In this document: in pieces, positions 45,402 to 55,303 of the stretch
Numbering within the stretch: position 1 is the stretch's first letter
Layout: every line of letters begins with the position of its first letter
Assembly (NCBI GenBank): GCA_965217185.1
Contig: OZ244252.1
Location: 2,880,001 to 2,944,000, forward strand
Length of the DNA: 64,000 nt
Source: an uncultured Candidatus Entotheonella sp.
GTDB lineage: Bacteria > Tectomicrobia > Entotheonellia > Entotheonellales > Entotheonellaceae
Direction of reading: 5' to 3'
Notes under the pieces: generated by a model
Told to the model about the DNA's origin: nothing
The model's database searches: none
Seen by the model: only the letters and a program-made list of their open reading frames with translations
Program-made: the position numbers and the translations under genes

Positions 45402-46716
45402 CAATACTTCGGACAGTCCTCAAGCCGCCCTGTCAGTGATGATGCCATAGTTACAAAGGTCTTGGTAATCGGGGCTGGATTTTTCCAGGCTATGCCCGTG
45501 GGCTAAATGCCGAGAAATTCGCTCCAGCAGATGTTGGTTGAAGGCGCGCCGTTTGAGACTCGCCATGGAAAACCCTGCCTGGGCACCGCCGCTTTGCTGT
45601 CGTGCTTCCAGCTTGCCCAAGGTCAGAGCACTCATACTGGCATTGAAATGAAAATGCAGCTTGGCTTGCGAGCGCGCTTGACAGGCACTCAGAGACGTAA
45701 ATTGCTTGGCGTCCCTGAAGAGAAACTCGATTTGGAAGCGTGCTTTGTATCCACGATAAAGCGTCTGCGCATCCAAGTCGGTATCGCTGCTGAACAGGAT
45801 CGCCCGCCGCTGGGTATGGGTATCGACGACGAGCACCACACGCAGATTGCGCCGAAGATGGACGTGGTTGAGGACTTGATGGTAGAGCACCACGTCGTCG
45901 TCTTCGCTCTGTACCCGTTCAAAGCGTGACAGGTCGTCCCACTGGACCTTACCGTCATAGGTCTTGGGTCGCCCCGGTCCCGAGCGCCCCGGTCCTTGGT
46001 AGAGATAGCGCAGATTGGCGTCACGGCGCAGTTTGCCAATCTGGTGCATCCCCAGGGCGCCAACCCCATCGAGGAATTTACGTTTACTGTAATAGCCATC
46101 CGCTATCACGTAGCGTAGATGACCCAGGTGATGGTCACAGACCACACGCTGCAATTGCTCCAGATAGGCATCGATGCGTGTGCCTTGTGGCTCCGAGGTC
46201 TTGTCGCTTGGGGGTGTCTGCTCGACACTGAGGCCATAGGCGCATTTGTCGGTGATGTCGAGCCAGGCTACAGCAGAGACTTCCAGACCTTTTTCACTGC
46301 GCCGCTGGCGGCTGTTCCAGAAGCGTTCAAGACCATAGGTGTGGGTGCCACTTTTGGGGATAAAGCTGGCGTCGATAACGAGGGCCTGCTGATGGTCGGG
46401 CGCCATCACCTGGGTAATCGCTGCTTTGTTGAGTGCGACAAAGTCAAACGGTCGGTCGTACCACCGCGCAAACGTACGTTCGTGATAGGAACTGTAGCGG
46501 CTGAGATTACGAAACGTGGCGTGGCCGGGAAGCATCAGCACAAGCCCCAGCAGATGGGTAATGAACTTTCGTTGCGGTTTCTTGGTTTGGGGTAACGTCG
46601 CAAGTACACTCTGAAGCAGTCGCACGGAGCACCTCCATTCTTGGTTGCGTTGGCTAACACAACTCTAGAATTGGAGGGCTCGTGCGGCTGCTTTGTCAAA
46701 ACTGTCCGATGTATTG
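45402..46716 (-). mobile_element. Insertion sequence, about 1.3 kb
   Basis: Inverted repeats caatacttcggacagt / actgtccgatgtattg; no clear target duplication. Confidence 0.85.
45420..46625 (-). CDS. DDE transposase (IS4/IS701-like)
   Basis: VIDASFIPKSG, IADGYYSK, YKARFQIEFLFRDAKQF. Confidence 0.9.
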   Translation of the reverse strand: MRLLQSVLATLPQTKKPQRKFITHLLGLVLMLPGHATFRNLSRYSSYHERTFARWYDRPFDFVALNKAAITQVMAPDHQQALVIDASFIPKSGTHTYGLERFWNSRQRRSEKGLEVSAVAWLDITDKCAYGLSVEQTPPSDKTSEPQGTRIDAYLEQLQRVVCDHHLGHLRYVIADGYYSKRKFLDGVGALGMHQIGKLRRDANLRYLYQGPGRSGPGRPKTYDGKVQWDDLSRFERVQSEDDDVVLYHQVLNHVHLRRNLRVVLVVDTHTQRRAILFSSDTDLDAQTLYRGYKARFQIEFLFRDAKQFTSLSACQARSQAKLHFHFNASMSALTLGKLEARQQSGGAQAGFSMASLKRRAFNQHLLERISRHLAHGHSLEKSSPDYQDLCNYGIITDRAA

Positions 46717-46789
46717 TTCCACCTAATTTAGGGGGTAATTTGGGAACAACGGGTGGGCATTGAAGAATTGTCACCCGTTCTGACTCGGA

Positions 46790-46960
46790 TGATCTGCTTC
46801 TCTTTACTGGCCTTGCGTCAGAATTAGTCTGCTTTGAAAGAGGAGATAGACCATGAAGTAACCAAGCTATGCCGAACAACGGATCAGGGGCATATTGATG
46901 GAGTGGACATCTCAGCAGTGACACTGCACCGCGAGCACGGGACCAGTTTCCCGGGCTTTC
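46790..46960 (+). mobile_element. Degenerate IS3-family left end and orfA relic
   Basis: tgatctgc...cagaattag...gaaagaggag...ATG AAG TAA, followed by EQRIRGILME and (frame-shifted) SAVTLHREHG, which resemble an IS3 OrfA N-terminus. Confidence 0.4.
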
Positions 46961-47299
46961 TCAACCTTGCCGCCTTCATCGTCATCGCCAAAGGTATTTT
47001 GAGATGACTTCTGGCAACAATCGACAATAGCTACGGTAACCCAGCCGCAACGCATTCGGCTTGCGTGGTCATTCGGACAGGGGTATAGTCCCCCGTCCAT
47101 CAAATGGGCATCGACCGGACGGCACGAGCCGATGTGCGATGCCCGCACGTCACTCCAGTTATGAAAGAGGTTTATGGAATCGGGCGACCCTGTTCGATCA
47201 TGCCGATTATCTGAAATTGTCATTACCTCTCTGTGCCGCGCGGGGAATCAGGAGGAGGTGAACCGTCCCTGACCGTTTGCCTCAATAAGGGTGCATAGC

Positions 47300-47350
47300 A
47301 ACCGAGCGCCTTCCCCAAGCTTCGAGACGAGGGGGCGATTCGGTTTTTTT
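47300..47350 (+). terminator. Intrinsic terminator / attenuator-like hairpin
   Basis: aaccga-gcgcc...gggcg-attcggtt followed by a T run. Confidence 0.6.
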
Positions 47351-47378
47351 GTGTCCGCAGCACACAAGGAGATGCGCT

Positions 47379-47582
47379 ATGACCCTTACGCCGCCGCAAG
47401 GAGTCCTGAAATTTACCGGCCGCAATCGCCTGGAAGCCAAGCGCAAGGCGCTGCGCTTCTGGCGATCCCACCAAGGGCTGTTGCACGAGAGCATGCAGGA
47501 CTTCGTGAAGCGCTGCACGCTGAGCCCCGACGAGAAAGTGATTACATACCGCCGCTTTCCCACACTCGACCCGTCGCGCTGA
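47379..47582 (+). CDS. Small hypothetical protein, 67 aa
   Basis: aaggag ribosome-binding site, host-like codon usage, co-oriented with cca. Confidence 0.7.
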   Translation: MTLTPPQGVLKFTGRNRLEAKRKALRFWRSHQGLLHESMQDFVKRCTLSPDEKVITYRRFPTLDPSR

Positions 47583-47610
47583 ATACCCCTCACAGGACTA
47601 CCGCAGCATC

Positions 47611-49026
47611 ATGGACCTGCACCCCGCCGTTTTGTCGCTCGTAGACGCCGTCCGCGCAGCCGGCGGGCGCGTCTACATGGTGGGCGGCACGCTGCGGGAT
47701 TTCCTGCTGGGCAAGGCGTACAAAGACCTTGATCTATTGGTTACCGGATTGCCCCAAAACGATCTGATGCGCCTGTTGCGCCGCCGCGGGCGGGTGCAGC
47801 GCGTCGGCCAAGCCTTCGGGGTGCTCAAGTTCCTGCCGCGCGAGTGGGACGGCTCACCCATCGACATCGCCCTGCCTCGCGTTGAAACCTCCACCGGCAT
47901 TGGCCACCGGGATTTCGAGGTGGCCTTCGATCATACCCTGCCCGTTGAAACCGATCTCGAGCGCCGCGATTTCACCATCAACGCCATGGCGCTCGACCTG
48001 CTTGACGAGCGCCTCATTGACCCATTCGGCGGGCACGCCGACCTGGAACGGTGCCTGCTGCGTCAGGTCAGTTCGATGGCCTTCCCCGAAGACCCCCTGC
48101 GCATGCTGCGCGGGGTGCAATTTGCCAGCCGTTTCGGGCTGCACGTCGAGCCGGAAACGCGCTCGGCGATGTCGGCGCACGCCACTTCGATCGACACCGT
48201 GGCACCCGAACGGATTGCCATGGAGTTGCAAAAGCTTTTCCAGGCGCCCAAGCCATCGCACGGCTTTGTCCTGATGCAAGAGGTGGGATTGCTGCCGCAT
48301 CTGTTCCCTGAGATCGACTGCCTGACAGCCCTTCACGACACCCGGTCGGCGGCATCGCAGGGGGATGCGCCGCTGGAGACCAGCCTGTTCGGATGCAGCA
48401 TGCGGCGGCTCGACGCCGTCCAGCAAGGCGCCGATGTGGTCAACCGCGGCGATTTACACGTGCTGCTGGCGGCTTTGTGGCTTGACTGCCAACCAGCTGA
48501 GGACGAATCCACGGATGCGCAGCAGGCGCCGTTGCAATGGGCTGCCGGTCTGGCGCAGGAACGCCTGGAGGCCCTGCGTGCCACCACCATTGGCGTTCGG
48601 CCCGCTTTGGTCGCCGCCCTGATCGCCGGGAGCGATTTCGAGATCGATGCCCTGGCCCCGGCGGGGGGCCTGCGCCATTTTGCCCACAGGCTGGGGTGCG
48701 ACGAGGCGTTCATGGTGATCGATCTTCGTGTTGCCGAACGTCTTGCCAACCACGCTGTCCAAGGAATTGACGACCTGCTGGACGTGCGCCGACGCCTGCG
48801 TGCTGAAATCGAGCGGGGCTCACCCCTGGGGCTCAAAGACCTCGCGGTCAACGGCAACGACCTGCGGCAGATCGGCGTTACGCCCGGTCCGGGCATGGGA
48901 CGGATTCTGAACGATCTATTGCAGGAAGTACTCGACGACCCTGCCCGCAACACCCGCGAGGAATTGCTGGCCGCGGCCGCTAAAGCTGCGTCGATAACAC
49001 CACGGTCAGGACCAGAAGAGCAATGA
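47611..49026 (+). CDS. cca: Class II tRNA nucleotidyltransferase
   Basis: VGGTLRD...KDLD, DLERRDFTINAMA, EDPLRMLR, LAVNGNDL. Confidence 0.85.
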   Translation: MDLHPAVLSLVDAVRAAGGRVYMVGGTLRDFLLGKAYKDLDLLVTGLPQNDLMRLLRRRGRVQRVGQAFGVLKFLPREWDGSPIDIALPRVETSTGIGHRDFEVAFDHTLPVETDLERRDFTINAMALDLLDERLIDPFGGHADLERCLLRQVSSMAFPEDPLRMLRGVQFASRFGLHVEPETRSAMSAHATSIDTVAPERIAMELQKLFQAPKPSHGFVLMQEVGLLPHLFPEIDCLTALHDTRSAASQGDAPLETSLFGCSMRRLDAVQQGADVVNRGDLHVLLAALWLDCQPAEDESTDAQQAPLQWAAGLAQERLEALRATTIGVRPALVAALIAGSDFEIDALAPAGGLRHFAHRLGCDEAFMVIDLRVAERLANHAVQGIDDLLDVRRRLRAEIERGSPLGLKDLAVNGNDLRQIGVTPGPGMGRILNDLLQEVLDDPARNTREELLAAAAKAASITPRSGPEEQ

Positions 49027-49474
49027 TGAGGTAGGAAACAACCTGCATGCGCCCAGTAACGCGATCAACGACTTTGGCGTCCAGGGGATAGATGCCAGCG
49101 TCCATTCGGGTCAGGCGGAAGGCCATGCTAAAGAGTTGCATGGGCACGAGAAAGGCCACCACGAAGACGGACGCCAGCTTGAGGATCAGGACAAGATGAA
49201 ACGTCGCTAGGGCCGGCTCGTCGCCGGCGCCGAAAGCCCGGTAGGCCGGCGGCAGCAGGTACAGCCCGCCCGTCATGATTAGCAGCATCAGGGCCAGCAC
49301 GACGGTGGTGAAGAAGGGCCGCAGCGTGCGCGCCAGGAAGTGCACCCGGATGTGTACGTCCTCGGTGCTACGCCTGAGCACCGGCAGCCAGAACGCGGTG
49401 AGGAAGATGTAGCCGCCCAGGACGACGGTCATGGACAGGATGTGAATCCAGTGCATGAGGTTGAAAAATGCCAT
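48980..49474 (-). CDS. Hypothetical four-TM membrane protein (CopD-like topology)
   Basis: HWIHILS...GG and LILKL motifs; four hydrophobic segments. Confidence 0.7.
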   Translation of the reverse strand: MAFFNLMHWIHILSMTVVLGGYIFLTAFWLPVLRRSTEDVHIRVHFLARTLRPFFTTVVLALMLLIMTGGLYLLPPAYRAFGAGDEPALATFHLVLILKLASVFVVAFLVPMQLFSMAFRLTRMDAGIYPLDAKVVDRVTGRMQVVSYLIIALLVLTVVLSTQL

Positions 49475-49655
49475 GCCATCTCCAGGGCGCGTACGGTCCG
49501 GCTGTGGACGGGAAGCCTACACGACGACGTGCGGAATCGTCAAATTCCGCACGCCGCGCGGGTTTGAGGGGCAGCGGGAAGTATGGTACATTTCGCCCTT
49601 CCCCATGAAGGTGCGAACCGGTATTTTTGAATTGTGAGCCAAGGGAGTTGCAGGA

Positions 49656-50000
49656 ATGACATTACAGGAACTGCAGAAAATGACCGTCGTCAAGCTGCGA
49701 CAGGAAGCGATGCAGCACGACGGCATTGACGGTGTCAGCAGCATGTCCAAAGCCGAATTGGTCGAGGCGCTGGCCGAACTTTCGGGAATCGATGCGACAA
49801 CGCCGGCGCGGGCGTCACAGGCGAAGATTTCCGGCGACAAATCGGTCCTCAAAAGAGAGATTCGCTCGTTGAAGGCCACGCGCGATGAGGCTTTGGGGAG
49901 CGGCGATGCGAACGGCTCGGACCGCGCCCGGCTGGACATCAAGAGGCGCAAGCGTGCGCTGCGGCGCTTGGCCGAGAAAACTCAAACCGCCACGGCTTAA
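49656..50000 (+). CDS. Small protein with a Rho N-terminal-like domain
   Basis: LQKMTVVKLRQEA...GVSSMSKAELV followed by a basic helical tail. Confidence 0.75.
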   Translation: MTLQELQKMTVVKLRQEAMQHDGIDGVSSMSKAELVEALAELSGIDATTPARASQAKISGDKSVLKREIRSLKATRDEALGSGDANGSDRARLDIKRRKRALRRLAEKTQTATA

Positions 50001-50038
50001 GCAGCATGGAACGCCGTCAGGATGTGAGAGAACATGAT

Positions 50039-50155
50039 ATGAAAACGCCGACGAAGAAACGCAACAAAACAGCCCGCCTGAAAGCGATGCTGAAAGCCAA
50101 GCTGCGGCGTGCCCGTCTGCGCGTCAGCAAGGGCGAACGGAAGTACAGCCGCTGA
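50039..50155 (+). CDS. Small very basic peptide, 38 aa (below the ORF-track size cutoff)
   Basis: MKTPTKKRNKTARLKAMLKAKLRRARLRVSKGERKYSR; purine-rich gagaga upstream; GC-ending codons. Confidence 0.6.
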   Translation: MKTPTKKRNKTARLKAMLKAKLRRARLRVSKGERKYSR

Positions 50156-50212
50156 CGGCCCGACGGACCCGCCCGACAACAACATCACCCATCGAACCCT
50201 GCCTTTCACAGT

Positions 50213-50944
50213 TCACCCGACACGGGCAACGGTGTACACGTCGACACGCGTTGCCCCGGCTCGCCTCAACATGCGGGCACACTCCTGCGCCGTTGCCCCC
50301 GTGGTGTAAACGTCATCGATCAGTAACAGCGACCTGTCCTCGCAGGACCGGTCTGGTTGCACCCGAAATGCCCCGCGAATGTTGCGGCGGCGTTCGGTGG
50401 CGCTCAGGCCGATCTGCGACCGGGTGTGCGTGTGCCGAATCAACGCCTGGCCCCATACGGGAATCCCGGTTTCCTGCCCCAAGACGTTGGCCAGAGCCTG
50501 AGCCTGATCGAACTCGCGTTGGCGCAGCCGCAGCCGGTGCAACGGCACGGGCACCAAGGCATCGGGCATCCGTCCGCCCCAATGGACCGCGAATTGCCCG
50601 CTCAACAAATCAGCCAAGGGCCGGACGAGACCGAACACGGGCCGATACTTCATGGCGTGGATGACCTCCCGCAACGTGCCCTCGTACAGCCCCACGGCCC
50701 GTGCCCGCTCGTAGGGCGGCGGGCTGAGCAAGCATTTGCCGCAGCGGTGCGCGGCACTGCCGATGCCCTCCACCGGGGCGGCAAACGGCGTCCCGCACTG
50801 CGCGCAGACCGGGGGGCGCACGAATTCGACTGTAGTCCAACAGCCCATGCACACCCACGGATCGTTTGTTCCCGACGTACTCGCCTCGCATACCACACAA
50901 CGCGGCGGCAGGATGAAATCGCACAAGGCGCGTAGGATTCGCAT
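50213..50944 (-). CDS. comF: ComF family protein
   Basis: Double CxxC zinc ribbons, PVPLH, LLIDDVYTTGAT. Confidence 0.92.
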   Translation of the reverse strand: MRILRALCDFILPPRCVVCEASTSGTNDPWVCMGCWTTVEFVRPPVCAQCGTPFAAPVEGIGSAAHRCGKCLLSPPPYERARAVGLYEGTLREVIHAMKYRPVFGLVRPLADLLSGQFAVHWGGRMPDALVPVPLHRLRLRQREFDQAQALANVLGQETGIPVWGQALIRHTHTRSQIGLSATERRRNIRGAFRVQPDRSCEDRSLLLIDDVYTTGATAQECARMLRRAGATRVDVYTVARVG

Positions 50945-50974
50945 GGCAGGCTCCCGCGGGCGCCGCGACCCGCA

Positions 50975-52021
50975 CTACAGGGGCGTAAACCGTCTCAGCA
51001 GGTCGGCAAGAGGTTGCAAACGCTCGTAGCGCTGCATCAAGGGCCGTAGATAGGCCAGCGTCGGGGGGATGTAGGGCAGATACTGCGGACAGTCATGGAC
51101 GACGTGCATGGAGGCAAACGTGCCGATGGCCTTGAGGCAGCGCTGCACGGCAGCCATGTCGAACAACCACGCGAATTCGTCCTTGTCCACCGTCTGGCCG
51201 CTTTCGGCCTGCCACCTGTCCAGGTAGTGAGCAACCAAGGCCGCCGTGCCGTCGGCGGTGAGCACGTCAGCGGTGCCGCGGTCGGTGAGCAGCGATACCA
51301 AGTCATAAGGCTGCGGCCCCATGCGGGCATCCTGGAAATCCAGCACCCCGACCGAGCCGTCATGCACCATGATATTCCAGCCGTGGTAATCCCGGTGACA
51401 GAAGAATCGCGTGGCTGCCGCAAGCGGGGCGCACAGGGCATGGAAGGCGTTGTCCCAGGCTTGGCAGTCGTTCGGCCCCAGAAATTGTTGCCAGAGCTCG
51501 ACGACGGCATGCGTTTGGAAGAAGTGCAGTTCACTCGTCAGCTTGTCCACGTCGAACGACAGATGAAAAGCCGGGCACGCGGGATCGACTGTTTGCGTTC
51601 CCCGCGTGTGCATTTTGACGAGTTCGTCCACGGCCTGTCGGCCCCAACGCAAGCGGCCCTCCAGGTCGCCATGCTGCCATTGTGCAGCCAAGCTTCGATC
51701 ACCGTAATCCTCCAGGCACATCAACCCGGCCTCGGGTTGCACGCCGTAAACCTCCGGTACACGCACGCCGCAGGCCCGCAGATGCCGACCGACGGTCAGA
51801 AAGTCCGTCGATTCCTCCAGCGGCCACAGGTCGCAGTGCATCACCACACAACTGGTCGGGTAGCCGGTGGCGGGTGCCGCCCAGCGCAGCCGGTAGTAGC
51901 GGCGCGTCGAGGCGTCGGCCGTCAGGGGCGTGAAGGAAGGGTTCTCGGAGGAGCCGGGTAGCAAGGTGGGCAGGAACGGCTGCAACCGTTCAAACGTCAA
52001 GGTCGGATTGCCGGTGGTCAT
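50975..52021 (-). CDS. Phosphotransferase, AmgK-like anomeric sugar kinase
   Basis: DASTRRYYR, CHRDYH..NIM, LDFQDA..GP..YDLVSLL, QR.LKAIGTF. Confidence 0.82.
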   Translation of the reverse strand: MTTGNPTLTFERLQPFLPTLLPGSSENPSFTPLTADASTRRYYRLRWAAPATGYPTSCVVMHCDLWPLEESTDFLTVGRHLRACGVRVPEVYGVQPEAGLMCLEDYGDRSLAAQWQHGDLEGRLRWGRQAVDELVKMHTRGTQTVDPACPAFHLSFDVDKLTSELHFFQTHAVVELWQQFLGPNDCQAWDNAFHALCAPLAAATRFFCHRDYHGWNIMVHDGSVGVLDFQDARMGPQPYDLVSLLTDRGTADVLTADGTAALVAHYLDRWQAESGQTVDKDEFAWLFDMAAVQRCLKAIGTFASMHVVHDCPQYLPYIPPTLAYLRPLMQRYERLQPLADLLRRFTPL

Positions 52022-53052
52022 ACGAGGCGCTCCTCTTGAAGAGTTTGCCCGCTCAGCACCTGCACATCCGGTCCCAGAATACAACGCCGCAAGACGGTAC
52101 CGGCACCGATGGTTGCGTTGTCGCCCAAGACGCTTTCCCGCACCTCGGTGTTGGGCCCGAGACGGCACCCGGAACCGAGCACGGCGTACGGACCGACCCG
52201 CACGCCGGCAGCAAGGGTCACGTCGGCACCCAGCACGGCGGGCGGATTGAGAATGGCGTCGTTCATGGGCTGTTCACCTGCGCCGCGCACCACTCGGCTG
52301 CCAACCGGCAAACGGCCCTCCCATGACGTACCCAACTCGCCGTCCAGCAGGTCCCAGTGAGCTTGCAGATAGCGTTCGGGCACCCCCACGTCCAGCCAGT
52401 AGCCGCGGTGGCGATAAGCAAAAACCGACTGACCGTCCTGCAGCAACCGCGGATAGGTGTCGGCGGTCGTGCTCACGAAACGGTTGGCGGGAATGGCATC
52501 GAGCACTTGCGGCTCAACGATTTGTATGCCGGTGAAAATCGTTCCCTCTTCGCCTGGGCCGGCGTCCCATGCCTCCGGACGGCCGTTTATCCGCCGCACC
52601 CGGTCGCGCTCATCAGCCACCACAGCGCCAAAGAGATGAGCCGCCGGATCGGGTCTGACGACCATGGTCACCAGCGCCCCGCGGGCACGATGCCATGCCC
52701 ATAGGGCCTGCAGGTCAATGTCGGCCAGCGCGTCGGCGTTGATGACCAGAAACGGCGCCCCCCGCAAAAGCGATTCTGCGTTCTTGAGCGCGCCGGCGGT
52801 TCCCAGAATCTCCGGCTCGTGGACGAACGCGAGGCGCAGGCCCCACCGGCTACCATCGCCAAGCCACGCCGCCAACCGGCCTGAAAGATGGTGCCCGTTG
52901 ACCACCACCTCGCGCACCCCTTGACAGCGAAGTTGCGCCAGCAGATGCCCCACCATCGGAGTCAGCATGAGCGGCAATAGCGGCTTCGGCGACTGGTCAG
53001 TCAGCGGTTGCAGACGCGTTCCCAGACCCGCCGCCAGAATCATCGCCTTCAT
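52018..53052 (-). CDS. Sugar-phosphate nucleotidyltransferase (MurU-like) with a left-handed beta-helix tail
   Basis: MKAMILAAGLGTRL.PLT...PKPL, EPEILGTAG, WLDVG. ATGA-coupled to the kinase gene. Confidence 0.85.
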   Translation of the reverse strand: MKAMILAAGLGTRLQPLTDQSPKPLLPLMLTPMVGHLLAQLRCQGVREVVVNGHHLSGRLAAWLGDGSRWGLRLAFVHEPEILGTAGALKNAESLLRGAPFLVINADALADIDLQALWAWHRARGALVTMVVRPDPAAHLFGAVVADERDRVRRINGRPEAWDAGPGEEGTIFTGIQIVEPQVLDAIPANRFVSTTADTYPRLLQDGQSVFAYRHRGYWLDVGVPERYLQAHWDLLDGELGTSWEGRLPVGSRVVRGAGEQPMNDAILNPPAVLGADVTLAAGVRVGPYAVLGSGCRLGPNTEVRESVLGDNATIGAGTVLRRCILGPDVQVLSGQTLQEERLV

Positions 53053-53168
53053 GGCGCTTGTGCCGCCCGCCCTGCGGGGCTGTTGATGCCGGGTGGCTCG
53101 GCAAGTATACTCGCCCGCATTGTTGTTTCCCCCGTAATTCCCAATGGCCCAATACAGCCGAGGACATC

Positions 53169-54110
53169 ATGGACATCGGTCTGGTCTACCATCCCGATTA
53201 TCTGAAGCACGACCCCGGCGGGCATCATCCCGAACACGCTGGACGGCTCGAAGCGGTCATGCAGGCTCTGGAGGCCAGCGGTCAGTCGCGTCAGCTTGTG
53301 CATCTCGACTGGGACGACGATCCGCAAGCCTGGGTGGCCGAGGTGCACGAGGCGGAGGTGATGCAGCGGGTGCAGGCAGCCAGTCAACAGGGCCGCGCCG
53401 CGCTTGATCCCGACACGATTGTCAGCCACGATTCCTACGACGTTGCGCTGCAAGCGGTCGCCGGCACCCTGGCGGCCGCCGACGCCGTGGTGAGCGGCGA
53501 GGTGTCGCAGGCGTTTTGCGCCGTGCGACCGCCCGGCCATCACGCCGAAGCGCACCGCTCCATGGGGTTCTGCCTGTTCAACAACGTCGCCATCCTGGCG
53601 CGCTACCTGCAGAAGCGGCACGGGTTGGACAACATCCTGATTATCGACTGGGACGTGCATCACGGCAACGGCACGCAGCATATTTTCGAGGCCGATGCGA
53701 GCGTCATGTACGTCAGCACGCATCAATATCCGTTCTATCCCGGCACCGGCGCCGGCAGCGAGACCGGTACCGGCAGCGGTGCGGGCTACACCCTGAATTT
53801 TCCCCTGCCAGCCGGCACCGGCGACGACGCCTACCTGACGGTCTTCGAGCAGGCCATCCTGCCGCGCGCCCTGGAATACCGCCCCGACTGCGTGCTGGTG
53901 TCCGCCGGTTTTGATGCCCACTATGCCGACCCCCTGGCCCACATGCAAGTGAGCGAGGCAGGATATCGGCGCATGACCGAGGTGGTCAAGGAAATCGCCG
54001 CCGCCTGTTCCGGCAACCGCCTCATTTCCGTGCTCGAAGGCGGCTACAACGTGGAAGCCCTGGGGCGCAGCGTGACCACACACGTAGCAACTCTACGGCA
54101 AGACCCTTAA
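53169..54110 (+). CDS. Histone deacetylase family protein
   Basis: HPEHAGRL, RPPGHHA, GFCLFNN, DWDVHHGNGTQ, SAGFDAH, LEGGY. Confidence 0.93.
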   Translation: MDIGLVYHPDYLKHDPGGHHPEHAGRLEAVMQALEASGQSRQLVHLDWDDDPQAWVAEVHEAEVMQRVQAASQQGRAALDPDTIVSHDSYDVALQAVAGTLAAADAVVSGEVSQAFCAVRPPGHHAEAHRSMGFCLFNNVAILARYLQKRHGLDNILIIDWDVHHGNGTQHIFEADASVMYVSTHQYPFYPGTGAGSETGTGSGAGYTLNFPLPAGTGDDAYLTVFEQAILPRALEYRPDCVLVSAGFDAHYADPLAHMQVSEAGYRRMTEVVKEIAAACSGNRLISVLEGGYNVEALGRSVTTHVATLRQDP

Positions 54111-54134
54111 CGGCTGAGCTGAATCGCTGACGAC

Positions 54135-55277
54135 ATGCGCTACATTTATCTGGACCACAATGCCACAACGCCTGTGCTGCCCGACGTGCTCGAGGCGATG
54201 CTGCCCTATCAACGCGAGGCTTTCGGCAACCCGTCAAGCGTGCACCATTACGGCCGGCGGGCGCGGGTGGCCGTCGATGACGCCCGCGACGCGGTCGCCG
54301 AAGTGCTGGGAGCGCCCGCGTCGTCGGTCATTTTCAGCAGTGGCGGCACCGAGGCCAACAACACCATCATCAAGGGCGTGGCGCAGGCGCGCCGCGAGCA
54401 CGGCCGCCATCTGGTCACCTCGCAGATCGAGCATCCCGCCGTCCTCGACGCCTGCGCCGCTCTCGAACGGCAAGGCTATGAGGTCACGTACGTACCGGTG
54501 GACGAACGCGGGCTCGTCGATCCGCAGGCGGTGCGCGACAGCCTGACCGATCAGACCATTCTGGTATCTATCATGGTTGCCAACAACGAAGTCGGCACGT
54601 TGCAGCCCATCGCCGATATTGCCTGTCTGGTGCGCGAACGCGGCATTCTGATGCACACCGACGCGGTTCAGGCATTCGGCAAAGTGCCGCTGTCGGTGGA
54701 CCATCTGGGGGTGGATTTTCTTTCCTTTTCCGGGCACAAGATATACGCCACGAAAGGAATTGGGGGCTGGTACGAGCGTTCGCCGGCGGTGTTGCAACCG
54801 CTCCTGCACGGCGGCCATCAGGAGCGCGGGCGGCGTTCCGGCACCGAGAACGTCCCCGGTATCGCCGCGTTGGGCAAGGCTTGCGCCATCGCTACCGGCG
54901 ACATGGCGGCCGAGGACGAACGCCAGCGGCAGCTTCAGCAGCGCTTGGAACACGGTATCCGGGAACGCATTGGCGATGTACGCATTCAGGGCGAGGACGC
55001 GCCGCGGCTGTCGGGCACCTCGAACGTCGCTTTTGCCGGGGCGGAGGGCGAGGCGCTGATGATGAGCCTCGATCTGCAAGGGGTGGCCATTTCGACTGGT
55101 TCGGCGTGCAGTTCCGGCTCGCTGGAGCCGTCGCACGTGCTGCGGGCCATGCGCGTGCCGCGACTCTATTTGCACGGGGCGTTGCGGTTCAGCCTGGGGC
55201 GCGCCACCACGGCGGACGACGTCGATTACGTCCTTGACATCCTGCCGGACATCGTGGCACAAGCCCGCAGCGTGTGA
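54135..55277 (+). CDS. iscS: Cysteine desulfurase
   Basis: YLDHNATT, HTDAVQ, SGHKIY, STGSACSS. Confidence 0.92.
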   Translation: MRYIYLDHNATTPVLPDVLEAMLPYQREAFGNPSSVHHYGRRARVAVDDARDAVAEVLGAPASSVIFSSGGTEANNTIIKGVAQARREHGRHLVTSQIEHPAVLDACAALERQGYEVTYVPVDERGLVDPQAVRDSLTDQTILVSIMVANNEVGTLQPIADIACLVRERGILMHTDAVQAFGKVPLSVDHLGVDFLSFSGHKIYATKGIGGWYERSPAVLQPLLHGGHQERGRRSGTENVPGIAALGKACAIATGDMAAEDERQRQLQQRLEHGIRERIGDVRIQGEDAPRLSGTSNVAFAGAEGEALMMSLDLQGVAISTGSACSSGSLEPSHVLRAMRVPRLYLHGALRFSLGRATTADDVDYVLDILPDIVAQARSV

Positions 55278-55303
55278 TGCGGGACGGAAAGAGAGGACAC
55301 GGC

